Part shown: one piece after another, positions 11,634 through 23,826 of the stretch | Position numbering within the stretch: position 1 is the stretch's first letter | How the letters are laid out: the number at the start of each line of letters is the position of its first letter | Assembly (NCBI GenBank): GCA_023231475.1 | Contig: JALJEE010001766.1 | Coordinates: forward strand, 1 to 64,000 | Length of the DNA: 64,000 nucleotides | From: Seison nebaliae | Lineage: Eukaryota | Direction: 5' to 3' | Notes under the pieces: model-generated | What the model was told of the DNA's origin: nothing | The model's input: the letters and a program-made list of their open reading frames with translations, nothing else | Databases searched by the model: none | Made by a program: the position numbers and the translations under genes

Positions 11634-13295
11634 TTATAACGAATTTTTAATGTTCTCTGAGAAATTATTAAATAATTCATCAGCTTTCTTCATGTCGCCT
11701 CGTGCCAGAATCAGGAATGCGATCGTATCCAGATGATTGGAAGAATTCCTTTGGAAGAATTGTTCGATTTGTTCATTTGAAATGAAATTCTTCAATTCAT
11801 CGAAAGTGCTTTTTAGTATGTTGTCGCTATTGTTTTGTTGTAAGATGGTTGTGGCGATTGGGGTAATGGTGGGAGTGGAAATTGTCGACGACGTAGATGA
11901 TGAGGATGAAATTGTTGTTAAAAGATTCTTCTTATCAGTTTTTGATTGATTGGAATTAGATGATGATGATGATGACGACGATGATGATGATGATGAAGAT
12001 GATGTAGGTTGTTGTTGAACATTTTCTTGTTCATTATTATTTTCGTCGTTAGGTACAATAAATATTTTTTCAGCTAATTTCACTTCATAGCGACAAAGTG
12101 GACAATAATATCTACAATGGGATACCGCTTGTTGTTCGGACAATGTAAAACATCGTCTTCTCCATTCGTCCATACATCGATAACAAAACAAATGTCCACA
12201 AGGTTCCAATCGTAATTCTTTTCTTCTCTCCACACAAATTTTACATAAATCGAATGTTTGTCCGATAGCATCATAAATTCCCTCATCCATCGACGGCGAA
12301 ATAATTGTCCGTTGTTGACGGTTTGTGTCATTGATGAGTTGTAACGTCCGTCGCAAAACATCGTTCAATGAGATGTCGGTTGAATTAATTCCTTTCGGAT
12401 AACGATATAAATTGCAACGACTTCCTTCCACTAATGCTTCTAATAATGTCTTGTTAGTGGGAATGGTTTGGAGAATGTCTCCGTTTCGGTTGACGTAACC
12501 AATAGCCCACTCTCCCAATCGAGTACATGATAATCGATAAACGAAAGAATATGGTTCTTTACCATTCAAAATCTCTTTCACCTCATCATAAGTGATATAA
12601 GCACAATAAGCTGGATGAGTAATCGTCAATAATCGCCATGTCCGAATGAGATGAGACCATGGCTGATAGAGTCGAACGAAAATATCGAACTCAAATATCG
12701 ATACTTGATAATTCATAGTTATGTCGATACTTCGTCTCAATGCTTCACTATCGATTGCCGTTAACCGATTATCACCATCCTGATAGACGTGTCGTTCCAA
12801 AACGTTGAAGAAAGTTTTCCATGGAACGATGATGGTATTCTCACCAAAATTGTCTCTCCAAAATTCTTGAGCATTTATCCGAACCATTTTAAATTGATGG
12901 AAATTGAAGATCATTTGACCATTCTCTTCTGTGTAGAAGGAACGAAGTTCATGAAGAATATGAGAGAAGATGACGGATAATCGAACGATATCAGCTCGAA
13001 TCGAATTACGATCATTTCCACCTTTCTCTCGACATAATTGTATCGACGATTTCGCCTTTACCATCAAATTAGTGATGACGAATGATAAATAATTCAATTC
13101 CACATAATTACTTGCATCAATTGTAATCGCTGATAAGATCTTCGATATCTCAGGTAACAGATCACAGATGTAGGGAGGACATGGTTTCAATCCCAATTTC
13201 GTCGTCAATATCGTCAGAGTATTCAACTTCTTCAATAATTTACTGACATGACTCCAATCATATGGTGGTGCTGGTGATGATTTATTGGAATCCAT
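11634..13295 (-). CDS. cbl: E3 ubiquitin ligase Cbl (TKB + RING + probable UBA-like tail); coding region intronless
   Basis: PPYICDLLP, SIFEFDIFVRLYQPW, THPAYCAYITYDEVK, YRLSCTRLGEWAIGYV, TFDLCKIC...EPCGHLFC...CPLCR. Confidence 0.95.
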   Translation of the reverse strand: MDSNKSSPAPPYDWSHVSKLLKKLNTLTILTTKLGLKPCPPYICDLLPEISKILSAITIDASNYVELNYLSFVITNLMVKAKSSIQLCREKGGNDRNSIRADIVRLSVIFSHILHELRSFYTEENGQMIFNFHQFKMVRINAQEFWRDNFGENTIIVPWKTFFNVLERHVYQDGDNRLTAIDSEALRRSIDITMNYQVSIFEFDIFVRLYQPWSHLIRTWRLLTITHPAYCAYITYDEVKEILNGKEPYSFVYRLSCTRLGEWAIGYVNRNGDILQTIPTNKTLLEALVEGSRCNLYRYPKGINSTDISLNDVLRRTLQLINDTNRQQRTIISPSMDEGIYDAIGQTFDLCKICVERRKELRLEPCGHLFCYRCMDEWRRRCFTLSEQQAVSHCRYYCPLCRYEVKLAEKIFIVPNDENNNEQENVQQQPTSSSSSSSSSSSSSSSNSNQSKTDKKNLLTTISSSSSTSSTISTPTITPIATTILQQNNSDNILKSTFDELKNFISNEQIEQFFQRNSSNHLDTIAFLILARGDMKKADELFNNFSENIKNSL

Positions 13296-14022
13296 TCGAT
13301 ATTTCTATAATTTTCGACGAATTTTCTTTTTCTAATTATTAAACAACGACGACGATGTTAATTGCATAATCATTCGAATTTTTTATCGATAATTTGATCA
13401 ATACAATTTATTTGATAACGTTCGACAATTGGTTGAAGGTTATACTTACAGGTTATCGAAGTATTCGAAAGGAATAATTCTCTATCGAAATTAAAGGAGT
13501 GATTAATCGTTTATTAATTCTAATTAATTTCTGTTGGCTGAGGAGAAGGAGAAGAAAGTTTTCTTCTTACGAATCGTTCATTATATCAAGTGGTTACGGA
13601 TATAAATCGTCTGTCCAAATAGTTATTAAAAAATTAATTTTCCGTGCCTTACTTTTCAGTTTTCGTGAATGGAGGCTAATGTTGTTGTTCTCTTCTTTCA
13701 AATATTTCTTCTTCATATAATTCTTTATAAGTTTGATATTTTCATTTAATATTTACGCTCTCTACACCTACACAATTTAATAATTATATTATAAATAAAT
13801 TATTTATCTGATGTACATGTGCGTTGTTATGGTTACTATGAATAATCAATTCTTTAAGTAAATAATTCTAAAATTTGTAGTAATCTCTAAACATTTCTCA
13901 AACAAAAAAATGTCAACAATTTCAATAAAGGAATAATTTAGAATTTATGAATTTTTATAAAATGGAAAATTTGAGATAATAAATAAGATGATGATGGAGA
14001 GATGAATGAGAGGAAAACTATT

Positions 14023-17000
14023 TTAAATTTTCTCTTCGATCGGTATCATATAAACGAAATAAGACGGGGACGTGGTGCTCATTGGCGAATTGGGCAATTG
14101 GTTATTCATATGGAATCGTTTCTGTTGATAATGGTCAGATGGATAGAGTTCGATGTGGAACATTTTATAAGACGTCCAACAATTAAGTGATTGATCGATT
14201 AAGAGGATAGGATACGATTTGTTACCGAATCGTTGCAAATAACAAATCGTTAACGATTCACATAATTCATTTAGTAACGATAGTTCTGGTGGGGAGAATG
14301 ATAAGGAATTAGATAAATATCTCAAATAATTACTGATACATTGAGTGAGATCTGAGATATTTCTCTTTTTCAAAAATAATGGATAAAAAAAATTGGTGGC
14401 ATTCTTTATCATTTTTTCATAAATAATTTGAAATATTCCTTTTATGTTATCGTTGTTGTTGTTGTTGTTGTTGTTGGTTTCATTGTAAATGAGTTTGATT
14501 GAAATACATAATGGTTCGTCCATTAATCGATGAAGTGAAAAATCAGAAGTGGATTTTATCAAATTATATAATCGAATCGATTCTGAATAAGAATTAAATG
14601 ATTTCACCGAACTCTCTTTCACTTCTCTCATAATTTCGATGAGATCCTTCTTCTCTAATCGTTCGATGGATTTCCCATCGAAATTTCTCAACGACTCCAT
14701 CACATTTACATCGAAAAGATTAACTTGAAGGAATGTGGTTAGTTCGTCGACGGTGAAAGAAGAATTGAATATTTTATACTGATCTTGTACATCTGGAGGA
14801 AATGAATTTCCATCAATTTTAATCGAATAATTTTGATTATTCTCTAACTGATTATGATGAATCATATTGAATTGATGATTCTGATTTGATTTCTCATAAT
14901 TATAAGAGGGAAATCCATTCTGATCGAATGAATGATCTTCTATGACATTCTCATTCAATCGATTATCTTTCAATTCAATATTTTGAGTGTGGAAATATTC
15001 GGAGGAATTAGTTGTATTCATTGACATTGTTGTGAAGTTCCCATAATTCACGTTATAGTTCCCATCGATCAAATATGAATTACGATTCTTTCGTTTATTC
15101 GAAACGGATAATTCACCAAGTGCCGACGTAAAATCAGATGACGAATCATTATCTGTTTTCATATCGATCGATCGTTTCGATCCTCTCAATTTCGGTAGTG
15201 GTGGCAACGAATCGGCAATTTCTGACGAATCCCAAAATCGATCGTTCGATCTTCCTGATATCGATTTCGATATGGATGACACTGACGTTGGAATATTGTT
15301 GGATTGTAATGACAATGAATTTTGGTTACTAATCTTTTCTTGTTTAATTACAAATTGATTATTCTCATTGGAATAGTTGTCGTTGGAAATTAAAGAATTA
15401 TTCGATTCTTGTTGAATTTCTTTATTATTTTCATGTTTTCCTTTCTCAGATATACCATCACTTTGTAATGATGTATCGTTACTGGAAGCGGAAATAGTTG
15501 TTGAAATGAATTCATTATTTATCATATGATTATCATCAACATTCCTCAAATTATTCGATTGATTATTATTATTATTAATTCCAAATAATTGATGATTTGA
15601 TATCAATGATGGAGGTTGATCATAACCATTATTATCTAAAGACATCTCATCGAAATGTGTTCGAACAGAACTCTGTTCTCTTGAACGACCACTCATCAAT
15701 TCTAAATCGAATATTTGTTGTTGTTGTTGTTGTGATGGTGCTGGTGGTGCTGGTGGTGCTGATTGTTGTTCTTGATTATATTGAGCAGCATTATTAATTG
15801 GAGGAGTGATAAGAAACATTTTATCATAATTACATTCACGTAAAATCGTATTAATCGGTGCTGAACGTGAAGTATGTGACGTATGATTATTATTATTATT
15901 ATTGTTATTATTATTATTATTGTTATTATTATTATTATTATTATTGTTATTATTATTATTATTATTATTATTGTTGTTGTTGTTGTTGAATGAAGATGGT
16001 GAAACGGATGATATTCGATGATATTTATCAATTTTCAAATAATCCGTTCTCAATTTACGTTCGGCACCTTTCAATTTGAAGACTTGAATGATACAGTAGA
16101 ATGAATTGATTAATGTAAAATACTTGTCGAGATTGTCATTCAATAAAATGAACGATGCTGCTTGCAATCGAAATGGAACGCCTTTCTCACCACCATGCTT
16201 TCTCGCCGTAAATTCCGAACTGATACAATTGACAGCGAACGATACGACAACATTCCCATTATTCTTCTGATAGTTGAAGTTCTTCTTCCTCTCATCATTG
16301 GCCACATCTCCACAATTCAACTTCCAATCAAACATGATTTTATTGATGGAATTATTATGGAATTTGAGAACGTTAATAGATTGTTGTGGATCCTCCTTCA
16401 CCAACCGATCCTCCTCACTCGAATTATCTTCTTTCCACTTCTCGAAAATATCTAATTGTTTCGACAATTGTCGACGATCGTTAAAACTGATTTGTAATAT
16501 CGTTCGAATTGTTAATTCGGATCGATTCAAAACCGACGCCAACGGAACAATATTACTATTACTATTATTGTTGTTGTTGTTGTTGTTGTTGTTATTGTCG
16601 TTGAGCATGGATGAAGTGATGGGAAGTAGAGAAGAATTATCCATCGAATTAGATTGTTGTGTCATTTGATAGTTGTTGACGAGTTGTATCGATGAATATT
16701 TCAAGAAATTCTCAACATTTATATTTAAATAATAATTTTGCATTTGATTCAAATACGCTAATACATGACCATTCTTCAAAGGAGATGATGGTGCCGAAAT
16801 TGACATCACTTCAACTTCATCTTTAATTGTTCGTCGTAGAATGGAATTTTTATAAATCCGATTCATTGGAATTCGAGGTGATGATATTCCTGATCTGGAC
16901 ATTCCATCATTCTTATTCTTCATCGATGATGTGATGGGCAGATGTGGCGATGATGAAGTGGATTGATTTATCACCAAACCGTCTTCATTCAGATGATTAA

Positions 17001-17163
17001 TTTGTGTCTCGTTATAATAAGAATTGCCAGTCATCGGGTTATTATAATGATATTGACTCATCGAATTCGATTGTTCATAAAAATTGGAGAAATTATCATT
17101 ATGAAATTGTTGTTGCAATTTCTCGTCAATAGGAATTTCATATTGTTTGAATGACTCCATCAT
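14023..17163 (-). CDS. tfcp2: TFCP2/LSF (CP2/Grainyhead family) transcription factor with poly-Asn tracts
   Basis: YLNQ motif, VNCISSEFTARKHGGEKGVPFRLQ, CIIQVFKLKGAERKLRTD; SAM-like LRNFDGKSIERLEKKDLIEIM. Confidence 0.88.
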   Translation of the reverse strand: MMESFKQYEIPIDEKLQQQFHNDNFSNFYEQSNSMSQYHYNNPMTGNSYYNETQINHLNEDGLVINQSTSSSPHLPITSSMKNKNDGMSRSGISSPRIPMNRIYKNSILRRTIKDEVEVMSISAPSSPLKNGHVLAYLNQMQNYYLNINVENFLKYSSIQLVNNYQMTQQSNSMDNSSLLPITSSMLNDNNNNNNNNNNNSNSNIVPLASVLNRSELTIRTILQISFNDRRQLSKQLDIFEKWKEDNSSEEDRLVKEDPQQSINVLKFHNNSINKIMFDWKLNCGDVANDERKKNFNYQKNNGNVVVSFAVNCISSEFTARKHGGEKGVPFRLQAASFILLNDNLDKYFTLINSFYCIIQVFKLKGAERKLRTDYLKIDKYHRISSVSPSSFNNNNNNNNNNNNNNNNNNNNNNNNNNNNNNNNNNHTSHTSRSAPINTILRECNYDKMFLITPPINNAAQYNQEQQSAPPAPPAPSQQQQQQIFDLELMSGRSREQSSVRTHFDEMSLDNNGYDQPPSLISNHQLFGINNNNNQSNNLRNVDDNHMINNEFISTTISASSNDTSLQSDGISEKGKHENNKEIQQESNNSLISNDNYSNENNQFVIKQEKISNQNSLSLQSNNIPTSVSSISKSISGRSNDRFWDSSEIADSLPPLPKLRGSKRSIDMKTDNDSSSDFTSALGELSVSNKRKNRNSYLIDGNYNVNYGNFTTMSMNTTNSSEYFHTQNIELKDNRLNENVIEDHSFDQNGFPSYNYEKSNQNHQFNMIHHNQLENNQNYSIKIDGNSFPPDVQDQYKIFNSSFTVDELTTFLQVNLFDVNVMESLRNFDGKSIERLEKKDLIEIMREVKESSVKSFNSYSESIRLYNLIKSTSDFSLHRLMDEPLCISIKLIYNETNNNNNNNNDNIKGIFQIIYEKMIKNATNFFYPLFLKKRNISDLTQCISNYLRYLSNSLSFSPPELSLLNELCESLTICYLQRFGNKSYPILLIDQSLNCWTSYKMFHIELYPSDHYQQKRFHMNNQLPNSPMSTTSPSYFVYMIPIEEKI
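15888..15988. repeat. (AAT/AAC)n coding microsatellite, more than 30 consecutive Asn
   Basis: Long tta/ttg run on the + strand inside the TFCP2 ORF. Confidence 0.9.
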
Positions 17164-18217
17164 TTAATGGAATTAAACTTATTCGATCACAAAGAGAAAA
17201 TGTCAATATTTTCCAATTTGAAAGTTTAATGAATAGGAATGTCAATTGAATTGGAAAAATGAATAGGATCATCGGAGAACGTCAATCATTGGTCATGAAA
17301 CAATCAAGTTCGTTGTTCGTTGATCTTCTTCATTGGAAATGTCATCATTTCTTTCGACCTTCAAACAATTAATTAATTAATCAACCAAATCAACATCTAT
17401 CCAACATATCGACGAACGATCGGAAAACAATTCGATGTAATTTATATCTATTCATATTTCTCCTACGAACTACCATCCCAACAACGAATACACTTTCCCA
17501 ACTAACCCTCTTTCCAAACTATTCACTCACTTTCTCCAACACAAATAAATTCAAAACTATTTTTCCTATTACTCATCCGCCAATCGATAATATTGTCCAA
17601 TTATCAGATAAATCAATATCAAACTCTCTTCTATTCTATTGAAAATTGATAAAAAAAACTGCAGAAAGAAGCTAAATTTATGAAAGAATTAAATTTCATT
17701 TAAATATTCCCAACAAGTCATTATGATCAATATGGAAATGAAGCAACACAACGGAATTATTTCGATTTATAAATATTAATAAAAACAACACCTTTTATTC
17801 GAATTTGTTTAATAAGAGAATAATGACAATTTAGTTAATTTTAAGACGACTTTCTGTCTCTTACGCATAAAGTGGAAGTTAAAAATTAATTGTGATTGAA
17901 AGAATCAAGTCAATGCAAACAATTTAAATAAGAAGTGCTAATGATGAAAATACATTTATTAGTTAACCGTGTGTAATAAAAGGAAAGAGAATTTGTCTTT
18001 TCAATGAGAAATAAAAGTGGAGAAATAAGCCTTTATTGAAACGAAAGAAAATTTTGAAATTTTAAAAATAATTCACAATAAGATAAGAGGAAAAGAAATT
18101 TGAAAATTAGTTTGACGACACGTAATAAGGTTAATCAGATCGTATTCGTCCAATTTGTAATGTTCGGTTCCTGCTGATTATAAAAACACAAAGAACATTG
18201 TCCAGTTGTTCTCCATC

Positions 18218-19652
18218 ATGAATCTTTCTCTTTTTCCCATTTTCTATCTGATTTATCAATTGACATTGACCGATTTGGTTTGTATTTATATCTCGAAGAG
18301 AACTCCAATTCTTAACATTCGTCCTTAGGTCGATGCTGGTGCAGTTCCGTTGTCGCGTACAAATATCGATATAATTTTAAGTTTTCCTTTTTTTCCCTCT
18401 CTATCTCTAATTTTCCATCTGATTGTTTGATCTGATTCATCTCAAATTTATGAATGATTTGTAGAAGACTATGAATATGTGCTTGTTAATTTCTATGCGA
18501 ATTGGTGTCGATTTAGTCAGATGTTGGAACCGGTTTTCGATGAGGCAGCCGATAAATTTGCGGGGAAGAAAGCATTATTAGCGAAAGTAGATTGTGATAC
18601 AGAAAGTTACTAATTTCTTTCTCTCATTATTAATTTTGTTCTTTTTAGCTGAAATTTCCAATCGATTTCGTGTAAATAAATATCCAACATTGAAAATATT
18701 TAGAAATGGAGAAATGGCAAAGAAAGAGTATCGAGGACAGAGAACTGTCGATGCATTTGTAGAATTTGTGAATAAGGAAACAATCGATCCGATCAGCTAT
18801 GTAACTTCATTGAATGATATTGTCTCTCCTGATGTTACTCATTTTAATATGTTCTCTCAATCATTTTCTTTGTTCTAGTTGAAGAAAGGAAAGATCATTG
18901 CATATGTAGAAAACACAAACACACCAGCTGCTATTACATTCAAGAAAATTTCACATATCCTCCGAGATGATTGTCACACATTCATGGTATCATCACCATT
19001 GAGTGATCCTTATAGGAAGAATGGAGATACGATCATTTTCCAACCGAAGAAAACGTCGGCCATTAGCAACAATGTCGTTTACAGCGGATCATTTCAGGAT
19101 TTCAATCAATTGAAAGATTGGGCATATTATTTATGTGTACCACTGGTGAGAGAGATAACATTCGAAAATGCTGAAGGTCTCACTGAAGAAGGATTACCAT
19201 TTCTCATCTTATTTCATCATCTTGACGATACGAATATCGTGAAAAACTATGAAAAAATGGTTTCGAGTGAATTGGTCGAAGAACGAAGACTCATCAATAT
19301 CCTTCATGCAGATGGAACAAAATTCTCTCATCCACTCATGCATTTAGGGAAGACTACTCGAGATTTACCATTAATAGCAATCGACTCATTCCGTCATATG
19401 TATCTATTTCCAGATATAAAAAGATTAACAGTTCCTGGCGAATTGAAACGATTCATTCAAGATCTTCATTCAGGAAAGCTCCATCGCGAATTTCATCATG
19501 GACCCGATCCAGTGACGGAAGCACCACAAAAACAATTGGCTGGAGGTCAAGCACCATCGTCTAAGAAAGTGAAATCTAAAGATCCGCCAGAATCATCATT
19601 CGTCTTATTGGCACCATCACCAACCAGATATAGTTTCCGCGATGAATTGTGA
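18218..19652 (+). CDS. ERp44: ER resident protein 44; introns 18278-18328, 18381-18464, 18606-18648, 18834-18878
   Basis: Signal peptide, FYANWCRFS motif, VREITFENAEGLTEEGLPFLILF, DSFRHMY, C-terminal RDEL. Confidence 0.95.
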
Positions 19653-20273
19653 TTATTCAGGCATAGTCAATTTATTTCTCTTATTTCTTTCGAAAATTAT
19701 TTTGATCAAACGAAAAATAAAAAGATTTTCATCGTCTTCGATGAATGGAAAAAATTAATATCGATACTATTGTCACAAATTGAAATAATATTCGCTTAAA
19801 TTACGAGAAGTTTATTTCTTTATTCACATGCTTCGAATCTATTACCAACATTTTTTTTTCTTTCTTTCACAATTCCTTCTTCTTCTATTTGTTAAGTGGA
19901 TATTAATATTTCCCCATTTATTATTTATCCACATTTTATTTATTTTCTACATTTTAACTTTCCGTATCATCAAGTGTTTCTCATCGATAAACTTTTTTCA
20001 TAATCTGAAGTCAAAAAATCTTTGAATGTTTGAATGAGTTCAATTTATCGAATTCTCATTAAATATAATTATAATTCCATATTTCGATCACTTATTAATA
20101 AATTATGAAACTTTGAATTAACTAACAATTGTAAATTTATGGATTGTAATGAGATTGCAATTATTTAACGAGTTCATTCCGATGAGATTAAAGAATAGTT
20201 GCAATCGAATAAAGGATGCATAAAAGATGAGTTAGATGTATGAAATTAAAATGAAATATACAATCGATAAAAG

Positions 20274-21766
20274 TTAATTAATAATAAAATTCTTTTCAGG
20301 AACTTTCTTCAAATTCTCACTGTTTGATCGACGATGAATTCTTTTTTGGACTAACTGATATTTCAATTCACAATAATTTGATACCAACTGAATGAAATAG
20401 ACAAAATAGAATTAGATATGAAATATTCAAACGAAAACTTCTAATTCGATAGCACGCTGATTTGTTAATGGATATGTTGGACGACATAAACTATTGAGAA
20501 TAGCGACATGTCTCAGATCGAAATAATATTTGGCATATACACTGGATGGGACGTCAATATTGAATTGAATCGCTTCTAAATAGAATCGTTCCATTTCATT
20601 CATATTCGGAACGGTGAGATTCCGTACGATTTGACAGAAGTCCACATTCCACACAGCCTGATCTTCCCACACTTTCGATGCGAGTAAAACAGAAGCTAAA
20701 AGAATTCTCCTCCAATTGAATTGTGTCAAACGGACAGTGGTATATAAGAGTAATCGTTCCAAATAGACTAGCGTGACTATTCCACATTCAGGAGTAAGTT
20801 GTGCATTCTCAAACAATAAAACGAGAAAATAATAAATGGTATTGCCTGTGGGAATATAATATTTTCCATTATTCGAACAGGAAGTATTGACATGGAGCGG
20901 ATGTATTCGTTCATCGAAAATATCATAATTCTCATCAATGTTCATCATTAATGTAGTTGATAATAAATTTGATGGTTTCCACAATTTATCTTTTTCAATG
21001 TGTGACTGAATAGCAATCGACACACAAATGAGTAGAGTTCGCATATTCGGTAATGAAACTGAATTCTCATCGACAAATATGGTCGATGTCGATGAGGAAG
21101 GAAGTCGTTCCAATTTATTGAAATTAATTCGATTTTTCAGTATCAAATGTTTATTCTGAAAATATAATAGAATATTTATCAATAAGTAAAAGACAAACTT
21201 TCGACTTTAATGAATCGAAATTTTCTAAAAGAAATTAAAAGTGAATGGAATTCCCAAAAAAAATTAACTTAATTTTCGGAAAAATAATGGTTCGTCCAAC
21301 GGTTTGTCAACCGGATTCGTTCCTTTCACCAAATCATCATCATTTAAATAAATGTCGGTTATATGAGAAACGGAAAAGGAATCAAGGTTCGGCAATTTTA
21401 TCGGATCACATCCAATCGATATAGTATTTGAACTAGAAATTATTTGGTAAGTTTGTGATTTCTGTAATTGTGGTTTACTAACAAAATAAGTAAATTAGAG
21501 GATAATTAATTATTTAAACTTTCTAAAATGAACTTTACAGATTTTAAAAAGAATGGTTTCGGAATACAGCACGCAAATAATGGGAGGTTGTACTGTGAGG
21601 AACTGTTGGACAAATATCGATATTCTTTTCGACTCTTTGGACTATTGTCATCATCATCATCCTCCTCCTCTTCGTCTTCTTCATTATCTGTGAAACATTT
21701 ATCTTTACCTAATTTGTTAGTTATTTTATTTTTGTAAATATTAGGAGGATACGACTCTTTCGACAT
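20274..21766 (-). CDS. ccny: Cyclin Y-like; 4 introns
   Basis: AQLTPECGIVTLVYLERLL, LLASKVWEDQAVWNVDFCQI, VPSSVYAKYYFDLR; exons join in frame via GTT..AG introns. Confidence 0.9.
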
Positions 21767-22189
21767 TACCAGAGATTATGGTAATTATTCAATAATTTTG
21801 ATTTTTTTTATAAACCAAATATAAGTATAGTTTTTTTATTCGTTCTATAAATATAACGCTTAAAATTTAAAGGAACAAATTTGAGATGAACCAACAGAAA
21901 TCACACAGAAAGATTACAGGATGTCGTTCTAATTGTTAACGACTAAAGCTACCGAAAGATATGATAAATCTAGATGTAAAAAGCTTCGTTGTTGAATTTT
22001 CAGTTATTTTCATGTTCATCTCTTGATATGCAGTTTTTCTATCCATTATTGTATACTAAATAACTTACTATTGAAGAAAATTGAAGTTTTGATATTATTT
22101 AATCCGATTTAATACATAATCGTTTAATCGTACCAGTTTCCATTTGCTTAATAACTTGATAGACTGGCATTATGGAAATACTGCACAAT

Positions 22190-22745
22190 AAAGCAAGCGG
22201 ACAAAAAGGACTATTCCAACTTCAAAAAACATCTCTCTTTGAAAATCGGACTATTCTTACTTTGAGAATAAGACAACTTCCACTTTGAAAAACGGATATT
22301 TGTTTTTGTTCTGATTAACTAACCTTTTTCGCTTACGTGGACTCACTCCCCTTACAAATAATTCACGATTAGTTTATAACTGAAAAATTTATTGAAAAAA
22401 GAATAAATGACAAATCGAATTGACATGTCAGAATTTTTTATATCTCATATTTGAAATTGATGTAGACATTTTAATTTACTAGCAAAATTTACGTATATTA
22501 ATTTTGTTATTTCTGATATTTTATTTAAATTTAAGAAGTTTTCGCTTTCCAAAAAGCTTCCGTCCCAATTTTTTTTTGTTTCAATTTTCTTTTGTCCCAA
22601 TTGTGGTTTGTCCTGATTCTATTATTAGAATAATTTTATAAAAAAATTCTTGAAAAAAATTTTTGTTAATAAAAACTTATAAAAACTTATAGAAACTTTC
22701 CTAAAAAGATTTTTACTAATAAAAACTTATAAAAACTTATAATAA
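22190..22745. repeat. degenerate short tandem repeats (GGACTATT-type units, TGTCCCAATT units, duplicated AATAAAAACTTATAAAAACTTATAGAA)
   Basis: Visible repeated motifs at 22190-22300, 22560-22620 and 22668-22745. Confidence 0.45.
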
Positions 22746-23067
22746 AAAAAAGTTTAAACTGAAAAGTAGTTTTTACAGTCTGTTTTGAAAACTATTTTTT
22801 GTAGGACAAAAAACACATAGAAAATAGTTTCCGATGAACATTTAATTTTAATAAAAATTCTTATATCTGGATTATTGAATCAATAATCATCAATAAGAAA
22901 CATGATGCTGAAGAAGATGCAATAATTTACTTTTTTTACATAATAATTTTTTATTATCAAAGTTTTCATTATTTTTTATAATTATTATTCTTATTATTCG
23001 TTAATACTTAATTACTAACATCCCATAAGTTGTTCCCATAAGAATATTGTTGAACAAAAGAATCATC

Positions 23068-23141
23068 GGCCGATTAGCTCAGTTGGTTAGAGCGTCGTGC
23101 TAATAACGCGAATGTCGTGGGTTCGATCCCCACATTGGCCA
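23068..23141 (+). tRNA. tRNA-Ile (AAT)
   Basis: GGCCGAT/ATTGGCC acceptor stem, TAGCTCAGTTGG A box, CT-AAT-AA anticodon loop, GTTCGATCC B box, downstream T run. Confidence 0.96.
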
Positions 23142-23205
23142 AAATTTTTTTTAAAATTTATTATTAAAATTACATTTATTAACCTTTTTTGAACACTAGT
23201 AGTAT

Positions 23206-23309
23206 GCAGTGGTGGCCGAGTGGTTAAGGCGACTGACTAGAATTTCTAAGCGATTGTGCTAGTGATCAGTTGGGATCTTCCCGCACAGGTTCGAATCCTG
23301 TCCACTGCG
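23206..23309 (+). tRNA. tRNA-Ser (AGA) with a 22-nt intron at 23243-23264
   Basis: GCAGTGG/CCACTGC acceptor stem, G discriminator, long variable arm GGGATCTTCCC, GTTCGAATCC, anticodon AGA at 23239-23241, insert at position 37/38. Confidence 0.93.
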
Positions 23310-23826
23310 ATAAATTTTTCAATCGAAATTCGATTTTTTAATATTCCTTTCAAGGTCCTCCGGATCAAAATCGATAAAGCAATTCGACAGATTGAGAGGA
23401 TGAGAATCTCTCTGTATAGTTTGGAAAGTAACTACACTGACTACAGGAATATAAGTTGAATAACAAAAAAATGAACAGAATCATCATTAAACATTTTAAT
23501 GATGATAATTGCCAATAAAATTTATCGATGATTTGGCATTGGATTATATATAAAAATGTATCGTATCATTTTCGTATTCTTTTTACATCTGCATTAGAAT
23601 GAAACTAGTTCAAATATTTTCCGTTTAATACGAATAGAGATAAGTAGAAAATTAAAAAAATTTTCTGATAATTAACTGATACCGAATAACTGATATTATT
23701 ATATTTCTTTTAGGAAGAACGAATATCAGAATTATTCCAATATTCATCTATTTTTTCAACCCAAATCGTCATTTGGAAGTCGTCCAAGTATATTCAGTTT
23801 GAATCGATAGCTGTGACTTGTACGCG

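Noticed and set aside
15597..16669. Poly-Ile, poly-Leu and poly-Val ORFs that look like membrane proteins
   Set aside because: Alternative-frame or antisense readings of AAT/AAC/CAA microsatellites in TFCP2
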